In this document: positions 19,406 through 28,240 of the stretch, in pieces | Layout: every line of letters starts with the position of its first letter | Numbering within the stretch: position 1 is the first letter of the stretch | Origin: Thermoanaerobaculia bacterium | Lineage (GTDB): Bacteria; Acidobacteriota; Thermoanaerobaculia; UBA5066 | Assembly (NCBI GenBank): GCA_035542215.1 | Contig: DATKLW010000066.1 | Location: forward strand, 1-63,293 | Length of the DNA: 63,293 bases | Reading direction: 5' to 3' | Notes under the pieces: model-generated | The model's input: the letters and a program-made list of their open reading frames with translations, nothing else | What the model was told of the DNA's origin: nothing | The model's database searches: none | Made by a program: the position numbers and the translations under genes

Positions 19406-20610
19406 GCGTCCTCCGGCTCTGGAGGCAGGACCGGCCGGCCCGCGAGCGCGTCGCGTCCGACCCGGAGCGCGAGCTCGGCAAGGCGGCGCGGACCTTCTTC
19501 GATGGCGGCGTCGCGCCGGGCCCGGAGGTCTGCCGCGAAACGGCCCTCCGCCGAGCGGAGGCCGGGATCCTCCACGGGAGGCGACGTGAGGTCGCGGACC
19601 ACGAGGTGTTTCACGCGCGGCGCGAACGCGCGCGCGGACTCGGCCGGACGCGCGCCGTAGGGCTGCGTCCCCGTGAGAGTGAGCCGGACGAGGTCGCCGG
19701 CGCCGACGCCCGCGACGCCCCAGGCCGTCTCGATCCGTTCGGCGAGGGCGGCGCTCTCGAGGTCCGTCGCGTCGACCGCGAGGTCGTGGACGGCCCGCGC
19801 GTCCGCGGGCAGCGTCTCGACGCGCGGAGGCTCCCCGGGGACGAGCGTGATCTTGAGGAAGACGCGGGCGCCCGTCTCGTCGAGGCCCCGGCCCGTCGGG
19901 GAGCCCGAGTAGGCCCCGCGCGGGACCCCGGCATCGTCCTCGACGAGATGGAAGTGGTGGTGGTGCCCGAGCGCGGCCCAGGAGAACCCGGCGTCGAGGA
20001 CTTCGCGGCGCGAGAACGGCGCCGTGCGCTTCGTGCCCCTTGGAGAGTCCGCGCCGGGATAGCTCTCGAGGGAGCCGTGGAGAAGGAGAAGGGCGTGCTC
20101 CGAAAGGGGCCGCCGGGGCGGAGGCGAGAGGGGACGCTCGACGACGACCGCCGGCGACAGGAACGCCCGGCCCGTCACGGTTGCGTCGTCGCGGCCCGGA
20201 AACGCGACGGTTTCCCACCCGGGCGCGCGGAAGACGACGACGTTCCCGGGCCACGCCCGCATTCCGAGCGCCGCGAGCACCGACGGGTCGTACCAGCCGC
20301 CCGCGCCCGCGAAGTCGTGATTGCCGGGCGCGATGAAGACGGGCCGCGGCGCCAGAGACGCGAGCGCCTCCAGGATCCGGTGGATCGAAGAGGCGGCGAC
20401 GTTCTCGGCGTCCCAGAGGTCGCCGGGGACGAGGAGGGCGTCGGCGCCGCAGGACGTCGCTGCCGCGACGGCGCGCTCAGCGGCGGCGTCGACCTCCTCG
20501 CGCCGGACGGCGCGCACGTCCGCCGGCATCCCGAGCCCCCCGCCGGAGAGCGCGGAGCCCGCATGCCAGTCGGACGACTGGAGCAGTGTGAGAGTTCGCC
20601 CCGAGGGCAC
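19402..20610 (-). CDS. SbcD/YhaO-like metallophosphoesterase (putative nuclease subunit)
   Basis: 402 aa. Calcineurin-like motifs 'SSDWHAG', 'LVPGDLWD', 'APGNHDF', 'LLLHGS', 'ALGHHH'. GTG start 28 nt downstream of the yajC stop. Confidence 0.85.
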   Translation of the reverse strand: MPSGRTLTLLQSSDWHAGSALSGGGLGMPADVRAVRREEVDAAAERAVAAATSCGADALLVPGDLWDAENVAASSIHRILEALASLAPRPVFIAPGNHDFAGAGGWYDPSVLAALGMRAWPGNVVVFRAPGWETVAFPGRDDATVTGRAFLSPAVVVERPLSPPPRRPLSEHALLLLHGSLESYPGADSPRGTKRTAPFSRREVLDAGFSWAALGHHHHFHLVEDDAGVPRGAYSGSPTGRGLDETGARVFLKITLVPGEPPRVETLPADARAVHDLAVDATDLESAALAERIETAWGVAGVGAGDLVRLTLTGTQPYGARPAESARAFAPRVKHLVVRDLTSPPVEDPGLRSAEGRFAADLRARRDAAIEEGPRRLAELALRVGRDALAGRPVLPPEPEDA

Positions 20611-20638
20611 CCCTCATTTTCTCACGGAAACCGGACGG

Positions 20639-20962
20639 TCAGGACGGTTCCTTCGTCTCGACGTCGCCCGACAGGCCCGCGATCGCGCTCCTGTTGATCT
20701 TGATCTTCGTCGTGTCCGCGATCTTGAGCCACACGATCTGGTCCTCGACCTGCGAGATCGTCCCGTGGATCCCGCCCGTCGTGACGACGCGGTCGCCTTT
20801 CTTCAGGGCCGAGATCAGCTCCTTCTGCTTCTTCTGCTGCTTGCGCATCGGCGCGAGGAGCACGAAGTAGAAGATCACGAACATGAGCAGGTACGGGACC
20901 ATCTGCACGAGCGGGTTGGCCGCGGCGCTCGTGGGGGCGGCCTGCAGGAGAGAGGGGTTCAT
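20639..20962 (-). CDS. yajC: Preprotein translocase subunit YajC
   Basis: ORF track 20639..21016, trimmed to ATG 20962, which overlaps the tgt stop by 1 nt (TGATG). Single TM helix, then 'LAPMRKQQKKQKEL...LKKGDRVVTTGGIHG'. Confidence 0.85.
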   Translation of the reverse strand: MNPSLLQAAPTSAAANPLVQMVPYLLMFVIFYFVLLAPMRKQQKKQKELISALKKGDRVVTTGGIHGTISQVEDQIVWLKIADTTKIKINRSAIAGLSGDVETKEPS

Positions 20963-22095
20963 CAGGAGTCCTTTCCGACGGCCCTCGACCAGCGAGGGAG
21001 CGCTTCCGCCGCCCACGCCGCGAACCGGTTCGACGCGAGAGCCTCACGGATTCCCCGCATCAAGTCAAGGATCGCCGTGAGGTTGTGGACCGTGAGGAGC
21101 GTCGCCGCCGTGGGCTCGCCGAGCGTGAAGAGATGCCGGAGGTACGCGCGCGAGTGGCGGCGGCACGTCGGGCAGCCGCAGCCGGCGTCCGGCGGACGCG
21201 GGTCGCCGCGGTACCTCGCGTGCTTGATCGCGAGCGTCCCCTCCGAGGTGTAGAGGAGGCCGTGCCGCGCCGCGCGGGTCGGGAGCACGCAGTCGAAGAG
21301 GTCGAAGCCCTTTGCGACGGCGTCGATGAGGTCGTCGGGCCGCCCGACCCCCATGAGGTAGCGGGGCTTGTCCTCCGGAAGGAGCGGAGCCGTGTGCGCG
21401 ACCATCGCGCGCATCTCGTCCTTCGGCTCCCCGACCGACAGTCCGCCGCACGCGACGCCGTCGAACGGGAGAGCGGCGACCGCCGCCGCGCTCTCGGCGC
21501 GCAGGTCCGCGTGCATCCCGCCCTGCACGATCCCGAAGAGCGCGCCGCGCGTCCCGCCGAGGGACTGCCGGCGCGCGGCGGCGCGCGCGGCCCAGCGGTG
21601 GGTCAGCGCCATCGACGACGCCGCCTCGTCTTTCGTCGCCGGCCACGGCGTGCACTCGTCGAGGACCATCGCGACGTCGACCCCGAAGTCCCCGAGCTGG
21701 AGGTCCACGGCGCGCTCGGGCGTGAGCGCGTGCGCGGAGCCGTCGAGATGGCTCCGGAAGACGACGCCCTCTTCCGAAATCGTCCGGCTCCCTGCGAGCG
21801 ACATGACCTGGTAGCCGCCCGAGTCCGTGAGAATCGGCCGGTCCCAGCCCAGGAATCTGTGCAGTCCGCCGAGCGCGCGAATCGTGTCGCCGCCTGGCCG
21901 GAGCATGAGGTGGTACGTGTTCGCGAGCACGATCTCGGCGCCCGCGGCTTCGAGGTCGCTCCAGCGCGCGGCCTTGACCGTCCCTGCCGTTCCGACCGGC
22001 ATGAACGCGGGCGTCTCGACGGTCCCGTGGTCCAGCGTCAGAAGGCCGCGACGGGGTCCCGCGCCGGTCCCGGCGAGCCGCTCGAACCCGAGCAT
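20962..22095 (-). CDS. tgt: tRNA-guanine(34) transglycosylase (queuine tRNA-ribosyltransferase)
   Basis: 377 aa with 'TPAFMPVGT', 'ANTYHL', 'TDSGGYQ', and the Zn site 'CGCPTCRRHSRAYLRHL'. Confidence 0.95.
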   Translation of the reverse strand: MLGFERLAGTGAGPRRGLLTLDHGTVETPAFMPVGTAGTVKAARWSDLEAAGAEIVLANTYHLMLRPGGDTIRALGGLHRFLGWDRPILTDSGGYQVMSLAGSRTISEEGVVFRSHLDGSAHALTPERAVDLQLGDFGVDVAMVLDECTPWPATKDEAASSMALTHRWAARAAARRQSLGGTRGALFGIVQGGMHADLRAESAAAVAALPFDGVACGGLSVGEPKDEMRAMVAHTAPLLPEDKPRYLMGVGRPDDLIDAVAKGFDLFDCVLPTRAARHGLLYTSEGTLAIKHARYRGDPRPPDAGCGCPTCRRHSRAYLRHLFTLGEPTAATLLTVHNLTAILDLMRGIREALASNRFAAWAAEALPRWSRAVGKDS

Positions 22096-22099
22096 CGCG

Positions 22100-23305
22100 T
22101 CAGATGCCGAAGCGGGCGGTCGCGACGAGGCCGAGCGCGCCGTTCGCCGTCCGGTACCAGCCGCCGACGTCGACCTTCGCCGGGCCGATCACGACGCCGG
22201 CGCCGCCCGTGAGTGCGGGCTTCTTGTCCGGCGACTCGAGGTTGACCGAGGCGCCCCCCCGGACGACGACCGCGACGATCGTCCACTCGACGCCGCCGCC
22301 GACCTCGCGGCTCTTCAGGCCCGGGATGAGCGTGTCGTTCTTCGTGACGTCGTAGTCCGCCGCGAACGTCAGGCCGATGACCGGCACGTGGACGGAAGCG
22401 CCGATGCGTCCCTGTGATCCATACGTCACGGATTGCCCCCGTTCCGCCGGCGGTGAGCCCTCCGCATACGGAAACGACGGCTCGTTGATGCCGCGCCAGA
22501 CGCCGCCGACGTGCACGGGCCCGAGGGAGAACAGGGCGCCCGCGTCCACGGACCAGTTCGTGTGCGAGCGCGCGAGGCCGGTCTGCGACGACTGCGCGAA
22601 GTGCCAAGGCCCCGAGCCCGTGTCCGCCGTGAAGGCGGACTCTTCGGAAACGTACGTCGTCCCCCAGAGCGCGTGGACGGCCCCGCCGACGGAGATCGCG
22701 CCCTCGAGGAAGGAGAAGGACTTTGCGAGCGCGAGGTCCTTCAGCTCGAGGCCGTTCGAAACGAGCGCGGACGCGTTGAACGCGATCGAGTTCGCGGGGT
22801 TGGCGCCGAGCGCGGTGTGCACGAGGTCGGCCCTCACGAAGGCGCCGCTGTAGGCGCGGTCCGTGAACGAGAGCTCCCAGCCCTTGTGCGCGGCCGCGAT
22901 CGAGACGTTCCCGTTGCCGAGGATCCCGTTCCCGGGGTCGCCCAGCGTGTGGAGCGCGGCGACGACGTCCGCGTAGTTCTGCGGCTGGGCGCCGGTCGCG
23001 AGCTTCACGGGGTCGTTCCCGACGACGGCGTCCAGAGGGGCGAGGAAGTCGCCGCTCTCGCGCGTCACGAGGCCCGCCGTGAGCGCGAACGCGAACTCCT
23101 TGTCCGGGGCGAGCGCCGGGTTGTCGACGGCGCCCGCGACGTCCGGGGGGAGTCCCACCGCGGCGCCGCCGATTGCCAAAGAGCGCGCCGTCACGGGCCC
23201 GAACGGCATCTGGGCGCGCGCCGGGAATGCAACGGCGGCGAGAAACGCCGCGACCGCGAGAGGGGCCAGGGCCGGACGGCCGAGCGTGCGGCAAGAGGGT
23301 TCCAT
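22100..23305 (-). CDS. Outer-membrane beta-barrel protein, family uncertain (TraF_2/PorV-like impression)
   Basis: ORF track 22100..23353, trimmed to ATG 23305. This gives the signal peptide MEPSCRTLGRPALAPLAVAAFLAAVAFPARA|Q. Alternating-hydrophobic beta-strand pattern throughout and an aromatic C-terminus (ATARFGI). Lies 4 nt upstream of tgt. Confidence 0.65.
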   Translation of the reverse strand: MEPSCRTLGRPALAPLAVAAFLAAVAFPARAQMPFGPVTARSLAIGGAAVGLPPDVAGAVDNPALAPDKEFAFALTAGLVTRESGDFLAPLDAVVGNDPVKLATGAQPQNYADVVAALHTLGDPGNGILGNGNVSIAAAHKGWELSFTDRAYSGAFVRADLVHTALGANPANSIAFNASALVSNGLELKDLALAKSFSFLEGAISVGGAVHALWGTTYVSEESAFTADTGSGPWHFAQSSQTGLARSHTNWSVDAGALFSLGPVHVGGVWRGINEPSFPYAEGSPPAERGQSVTYGSQGRIGASVHVPVIGLTFAADYDVTKNDTLIPGLKSREVGGGVEWTIVAVVVRGGASVNLESPDKKPALTGGAGVVIGPAKVDVGGWYRTANGALGLVATARFGI

Positions 23306-23336
23306 CGGTCCGCCCGAGTGTACGTGGCGGCCCGCG

Positions 23337-23365
23337 TTGACCGAAAAAAACACGGATGCTATGTT
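23337..23365 (+). promoter_or_regulatory. Sigma-70-type promoter TTGACC-N17-TATGTT upstream of the FYDLN gene
   Basis: -35 at 23337-23342, a 17-nt A-rich spacer, and -10 at 23360-23365. A GGGAGG SD and ATG 23389 follow. Confidence 0.55.
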
Positions 23366-23388
23366 CCGGCGTCTTTTTCGGGAGGCTC

Positions 23389-23721
23389 ATGGCCGATCTG
23401 GGAACGAAACATACGTGCTTCAAATGCGGGACGAAGTTCTACGACCTCAGGAAGAACCCCGTCCAGTGTCCGAAGTGCGGCGCGGACCAGAAAGATGCGC
23501 CCCCGCAGCCCACGTCGCCCGTCGTCCTTCACGCGGCGCGGCGCGCCAAGCGCGACGAGTTCGCGGATCCGGACGTCTTCGACCGTAACCGCGAGGAGGA
23601 AGACGTCGCCTCCGGCGAGCCCGAGGACCCCGCGGCCAAGCGCGTCGACGACGACGAGGAGCTTCCCCTCGGCGAGGCGCCGACGCTCGAAGGCGCGGAA
23701 GAGTCGGACGACGAGTACTGA
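23389..23721 (+). CDS. FYDLN_acid family zinc-ribbon protein (TIGR02300-like)
   Basis: Two CxxC pairs flank 'KFYDLRK' ([22 protein letters not shown]). The C-terminal half is Asp/Glu-rich. Start set at ATG 23389 because the predicted promoter -10 box lies downstream of the alternative ATG 23356. Confidence 0.75.
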   Translation: MADLGTKHTCFKCGTKFYDLRKNPVQCPKCGADQKDAPPQPTSPVVLHAARRAKRDEFADPDVFDRNREEEDVASGEPEDPAAKRVDDDEELPLGEAPTLEGAEESDDEY

Positions 23722-23749
23722 CCGCCCCGCCCGGCCACGGCCCGTCTTC

Positions 23750-24292
23750 GTGGCGATCGGCCTCGGCTCGAACCTGGGAAACAGAGTGGGATTTCTTAGA
23801 AAGGCGATCGCGGCGATGGCGCCGCACCTGCACGATCTCCGTTCTTCACCTTTCTATGAATCTTCTCCCGTCCCTCTTCTCCCCCATCAACCCGACTACC
23901 TCAACGCCGTCATCACGGGGCGGACGTCACTTTCCGCCGCGGCCCTTCTTGCCCTTCTGAGAAAATCCGAATCCTCCGCCGGCCGAAAGAGAGGCCGCGG
24001 CGCGCGGAACGGCCCGCGCACGCTGGATCTCGATCTCCTTCTCTACGGCTCTTCCCGGATCGCGACGCGCACGCTGACCGTGCCGCATCCCCGGATGGCG
24101 TCCCGCCTCTTCGTCCTCGTCCCGCTCGCCGACCTCGCGCCGCGGCGAGTCGTGCCCGGCACGGGAAAGACGGTCGCCCGTCTCCTCGCCGAGGCGAAGC
24201 GTGCGTCGGAGGAATCCGTCAGGCCGTGGCCGCGAGGGGGTCCTTCTCGATCCGGCGCGCGAACGCGAAGGCGAGGAGCGTCAGCCGGTTGA
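23750..24292 (+). CDS. folK: 2-amino-4-hydroxy-6-hydroxymethyldihydropteridine diphosphokinase (HPPK)
   Basis: In frame within ORF 22511..24292. The only start candidate before 'AIGLGSNLG' is GTG 23750. Motifs 'SPFYES.P', 'QPDYLNAV', 'RTLDLDLLLYG', 'LTVPHPRM..R.FVLVPL'. Confidence 0.8.
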   Translation: MAIGLGSNLGNRVGFLRKAIAAMAPHLHDLRSSPFYESSPVPLLPHQPDYLNAVITGRTSLSAAALLALLRKSESSAGRKRGRGARNGPRTLDLDLLLYGSSRIATRTLTVPHPRMASRLFVLVPLADLAPRRVVPGTGKTVARLLAEAKRASEESVRPWPRGGPSRSGARTRRRGASAG

Positions 24293-25475
24293 AGAACCGC
24301 ACGGCGAGCGCCGGGTTCTCGACGTCGCCCGCCAGCGTGGACGTGACCGCCGCGCGCAGCGCGTCGAGCGGCGCCTCCTCGCAGAACATCCGCGTGAAGA
24401 CGGGGTCGTAGTACCCGTACACGAACGGCCGGAAGCGCGCGACCATGCGTTCGGTCGTCCGGCCGTACGCGTCGAAGTCGGCGGCGTCGACGCGACCCTT
24501 CCGGGCGAGCGACGCGTCGATCACCTTCGCGGCCCTCAGGCCCGCGGACATGCCGAGGAAGACGCCCGACGAGAACACCGGGTCGAGGAACGTCGCCGCG
24601 TCCCCGGCGAGGACCCACCCGTCGCCGCCGTAGCGCGTCGACGTGAACGAGTAGTCGGAGACGGACCCGACGTCGCTCGTCCGCGTCGCGCCCGCGAGGT
24701 ACTCCTTCACCTTCGACGAGCGCGCGAGGAGCTCCTCGAGCCTCTCGGTGTTCGTCCGGCCCGACAGCGTCGCGAGGACGGACGGCGCGAAGACCGCGCC
24801 GACCGACGAGGTCCCGTCCGAGAACGGGATCAGCCAGTACCAGACGTCCGGGAGGAACGGGAGCAGGATGTCGCCGGCCCGGTCGCCCGCGCCGCGCCAC
24901 ACGCCCGTGAAGTGCGCGTAGAGGGCCGCCTTGCGGAGGTTCGTGTCCTGCCGGCGGATCTTCAGGCGCGACGCGAGGAACGCCGCCTGGCCCGTCGCGT
25001 CCACGACGACCTTCGCGGCGATCGCCTCCGGGCCGCCCGGACCCGCGACGCGGACGCCGACGGCGCGCTCGCCCTCGAACACGACGTCTTCCACCGCGAC
25101 GCCGCGGCGCACCGTTGCGCCGCACGCGGCCGCGTGCGCGGCGAGGAGGCCGTCGAAGTCCTTCCGCTTCACCTGCCAGGCCGACGGGCGCGACGCGTTC
25201 CACGCCTCGCGGAAATCGACCTGCCGGACGCCGCCCGTGCGCTCGTTCGTGAAGAGGGCGCCGTACTTGCGCTGGAAGCCCGCGGCCTCGATCTTCGGAA
25301 GGAGCCCGAGCTCCTCGAAGACCGGCCGGTTCCACGGGAGGAGCGACTCGCCGATCTTGAAGCGCGGCTCCGGGTCACGGTCGAGGAGGAGAACGGAGCG
25401 GCCCCGCTGCGCGAGCGCCGTCGCCGCCGCACATCCGGCCGGCCCGGCTCCGAGGACGACGGCGTCGACGGTCAC
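24219..25475 (-). CDS. FAD-dependent oxidoreductase with flavin-dependent halogenase signatures
   Basis: 418 aa. 'VLGAGPAGC' (GxGxxG), '[11 protein letters not shown]', and 'WYWLIP' (= WxWxIP, nt 24825-24842). GTG start overlaps the cysE stop (GTGA). Confidence 0.85.
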   Translation of the reverse strand: MTVDAVVLGAGPAGCAAATALAQRGRSVLLLDRDPEPRFKIGESLLPWNRPVFEELGLLPKIEAAGFQRKYGALFTNERTGGVRQVDFREAWNASRPSAWQVKRKDFDGLLAAHAAACGATVRRGVAVEDVVFEGERAVGVRVAGPGGPEAIAAKVVVDATGQAAFLASRLKIRRQDTNLRKAALYAHFTGVWRGAGDRAGDILLPFLPDVWYWLIPFSDGTSSVGAVFAPSVLATLSGRTNTERLEELLARSSKVKEYLAGATRTSDVGSVSDYSFTSTRYGGDGWVLAGDAATFLDPVFSSGVFLGMSAGLRAAKVIDASLARKGRVDAADFDAYGRTTERMVARFRPFVYGYYDPVFTRMFCEEAPLDALRAAVTSTLAGDVENPALAVRFFNRLTLLAFAFARRIEKDPLAATA

Positions 25476-26386
25476 GGTCTCGCCCCGGCGGGCACGGCGC
25501 GCGGCTCGAACTTCAGGTCCTCGCCCTGGAGGGTGACGCGCGTTCCGGGCGGGACGGAGGACGTGAGCCAGACGCTGCCCCCGATGACCGAGCCGCGGCC
25601 GATCACGGTCTCGCCGCCGAGGATCGTCGCGCCGGCGTAGATCACGACGTCGTCCTCGACCGTCGGGTGGCGCTTCGTCCCGCGGATGAGCTCCCCGCGC
25701 TCGTTCTTCGGGAACGAGAGCGCGCCGAGCGTCACCCCTTGATAGAGCTTCACGTTCCTTCCGATGTCCGTCGTCTCGCCGATGACGGTCCCGGTGCCGT
25801 GATCGATGAAGAACGAACGCCCGATCCGCGCGCCCGGGTGGATGTCGACGCCCGTCTCGAGGTGCGCGAACTCCGTCATGACGCGGGGAATGAGCGGAAC
25901 GCCGAGCCCGTGGAGGGCGTGCGCGACGCGATACGTGAAAACGGCCTTCACGCCGGGATAGGCGAGGATGATCTCGTCGAATCCGGTCGCGGCCGGATCG
26001 CCGTCGAACGCGGCGCGCACGTCGTCCGCGACCATGTCCGCGATCGCGGGCAGGTCCTCGAAGAGGCTCGTGACGATCCCGGGCGCCCGGACGGCCGCCC
26101 CGTCCGGGTCGTGAGGCGCGAGCGCCTTCTCGACCTGTTCCGCGAGGCGGACGTGGACACGGAACAGGACGTCCGCGAGGTGGTCGCGCAGGTTCGCGCG
26201 GTAAAGGGCCGTCTCGCCGAAGAAACCCGGGTGGACGACCTCCTGGAGGAGCCTGAGGATCTCGACGACCTCGCGCCGGCGCGGGCGCGGCGGCGCGTCG
26301 ACGGCCGAGAGAAGCGTCCGGCTTTCCGCGCCCGCGAGGACCCGGTCGATCGCGCTCCGGAGCCGGGGATCGCTCATGCGACTCAT
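25472..26386 (-). CDS. cysE: Serine O-acetyltransferase (long, EpsC-like form)
   Basis: 304 aa. Hexapeptide-repeat core '[43 protein letters not shown]' preceded by the SATase N-terminal helical domain. Confidence 0.9.
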   Translation of the reverse strand: MSRMSDPRLRSAIDRVLAGAESRTLLSAVDAPPRPRRREVVEILRLLQEVVHPGFFGETALYRANLRDHLADVLFRVHVRLAEQVEKALAPHDPDGAAVRAPGIVTSLFEDLPAIADMVADDVRAAFDGDPAATGFDEIILAYPGVKAVFTYRVAHALHGLGVPLIPRVMTEFAHLETGVDIHPGARIGRSFFIDHGTGTVIGETTDIGRNVKLYQGVTLGALSFPKNERGELIRGTKRHPTVEDDVVIYAGATILGGETVIGRGSVIGGSVWLTSSVPPGTRVTLQGEDLKFEPRAVPAGARP

Positions 26387-26390
26387 TCTC

Positions 26391-27260
26391 TCACCGGCTC
26401 CATTCCTTCAGGGCCGCGGCCGCTTCCTCCTGCGACCGTCGGGATTCGACGAGCCAGTCCGGCTGCGGGGCGTCGTCGACGAGGCCCTGCATCAGCGCGC
26501 GCGCCTCGGCTCCCCTGTCGGACTCGTAATCCCGGATCGCCTCCGCGAGGAACTGGCGCCCGACGAAGTTCTTCGGACCCGTTGCGACCGCGAGGCGGAG
26601 GTTCTTCAGCGCCTGAGAGCGCGAGGCCCATCCCGTCAGGAACGGCACCGAGGGCGTCTGATGGTGGAGGCGGCCCAGGATCCGGTAGCCCGCGCCGTCG
26701 TCGTGCGCGGGGTCGAGGAGGATGACCGCCTGTGCGTAGTCGCGGATCTTCGCGGCGGCGCCCTGCTTGACGGCCGCCATCTTCCCGAACGCGAGCGACC
26801 ACTTCCCCCAGTCGGCCGCCGCCCATTCGAACGCCTCGACCGCATCCTCGCGGCCTTTCAGGAGAGGCGCGAGCTCGACGGGCGTGGCCGTCGAAAGGTC
26901 CTTGCCCGACGCCTTCGAGGTCTCGCGCCGCAGGAGGTCGAGCGCCTGCTCGGCGGCTTTCCGGCCCTCGTCGAAGATCTCGCGCTTTCGGGTCACGTCG
27001 TCCGCCACGTACTCGCCCTTGAAGTAGAGCGCGCGCATGAGCCGGCCGAGCGCCGCGACGGAGCCGGGCTCGCTGGCGAGGGCGGCACGGCAGGCGGCGA
27101 TGACGGGATCGATCGCGCCGGCTCGCGCATGGCCGCCGGTCGCTCCTTCGGCGCGGAGCGCCCAGAGCCGGTCGGCCTCCGCGAGGAGCGCGGCGTCGTC
27201 GGCGCGGAGAGCGGACGGGACCACCAGGAGAAGAACGAGCGCGAGCAGGACGGCTCTCAT
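26391..27260 (-). CDS. Secreted all-helical TPR-like protein (possibly TatT-like), function unknown
   Basis: 289 aa. Signal peptide [20 protein letters not shown]. Helical-repeat composition. First gene of the operon with cysE and the halogenase-like gene. Confidence 0.7.
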   Translation of the reverse strand: MRAVLLALVLLLVVPSALRADDAALLAEADRLWALRAEGATGGHARAGAIDPVIAACRAALASEPGSVAALGRLMRALYFKGEYVADDVTRKREIFDEGRKAAEQALDLLRRETSKASGKDLSTATPVELAPLLKGREDAVEAFEWAAADWGKWSLAFGKMAAVKQGAAAKIRDYAQAVILLDPAHDDGAGYRILGRLHHQTPSVPFLTGWASRSQALKNLRLAVATGPKNFVGRQFLAEAIRDYESDRGAEARALMQGLVDDAPQPDWLVESRRSQEEAAAALKEWSR

Positions 27261-27325
27261 TTCCGTGTCACTATACTGGCGCGCCTCTTGCGAAGAGGAC
27301 CCGAATCGACCCGCGAGGTGCCGCC

Positions 27326-27652
27326 GTGGCCGACCAGCCGAAGACCGAAGGACCCCAGCCGCCGACCCTGCAGTTCTCGATCGACGATTCCGTCGCGAAC
27401 GGCGTCTACGTGAACTTCGCCAACATCATCCACAACCCGGCCGAGTTCGTGCTCGACTTCGGCCGCGTCGTCCCGGGAAGGACGGACGTGCGCGTGCTGT
27501 CGCGCGTCCTCACCTCGCCCGTCCACGCCAAACAGCTCCTGCACGCCCTCACACAGAACGTCGCCCAGTACGAAAAGACGTTTGGCCCGATCCGCACGGA
27601 CTTCGAGGCGGCCCCCACGCCGCCCCCGGCCGACCCGACGCGGCCGAACTGA
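27326..27652 (+). CDS. DUF3467 domain-containing protein
   Basis: 108 aa, GTG start. The block 'YVNFANIIHNPAEFVLDFG' matches my recollection of DUF3467. Confidence 0.8.
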   Translation: MADQPKTEGPQPPTLQFSIDDSVANGVYVNFANIIHNPAEFVLDFGRVVPGRTDVRVLSRVLTSPVHAKQLLHALTQNVAQYEKTFGPIRTDFEAAPTPPPADPTRPN

Positions 27653-27684
27653 CGAACAAAACGAACCAAGGAGACCGATTCCCG

Positions 27685-28212
27685 ATGACACTCCCTCTTC
27701 GCTTCGTCCTTCCGTCCCTTGCCCTTCTCGCGGCTGCGTCCGCCGCTCCGGCGCCCGCCGCCGGGCCCGCCCCGGAGGCGCGCACGCCAACGGCCGCGGC
27801 CGCGCCCTCCGGCGACCCGCTGATCTACGACCCGGACCTCATCGGCGAGAAGGCGATCGCTTTCTCGCTGAAGGTCGCGAGCGATTCCGGCCGGCGCCTC
27901 CTCGTGAACCTCGGCACGAACGACTGCCGCCCGTGCGCCGTTTTCAACCACGCGATCCACAAGGGTAAGTTCTTCGAGGCGGTCACCCACGATTTCGTCC
28001 CCGTGGACATCGACGTCTCGAACATGCCGAATGCCGCACTCATCGACAAGTACTTGATCAACCCGAGGGCGGAGCTGCCGGCCATCCTGATCTTCCTTCC
28101 AAACGGCAGCCTCAACGAGGCGCTCGCCCACGGCGAGATGGCCGCGATCGCGAGGAAGGGCGACGACGCCGTCCAGGAGTGGCTGCTCGCGCGCTTCCTG
28201 AAAACCGAGTAG
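27685..28212 (+). CDS. Secreted thioredoxin-fold protein (CxxC)
   Basis: In frame within ORF 27037..28212. ATG 27685 with an AAGGAG SD. Signal peptide MTLPLRFVLPSLALLAAASA. Redox motif 'NDCRPCAVF'. Confidence 0.75.
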   Translation: MTLPLRFVLPSLALLAAASAAPAPAAGPAPEARTPTAAAAPSGDPLIYDPDLIGEKAIAFSLKVASDSGRRLLVNLGTNDCRPCAVFNHAIHKGKFFEAVTHDFVPVDIDVSNMPNAALIDKYLINPRAELPAILIFLPNGSLNEALAHGEMAAIARKGDDAVQEWLLARFLKTE

Positions 28213-28240
28213 CCGCGCCTCCGTCTGGCAGAATGGGCCC

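Noticed and set aside
16343-19660. 1105-aa plus-strand ORF and several 250-600-aa ORFs (16864..17667, 17539..18777, 17664..19481) over the SbcC-like gene
   Set aside because: All are Arg/Ala/Pro-rich off-frame products of a GC-rich coiled-coil gene. Only the 16481..19405 frame has P-loop, signature and Walker B motifs.
19406-20254. 5' extension of the SbcC-like ORF overlapping the SbcD-like gene
   Set aside because: The extension is Arg/Pro-rich and lies in an alternative frame of a well-supported gene. The GTGA coupling at 19402-19405 gives a canonical 'RIERIRVEGFG' N-terminus.
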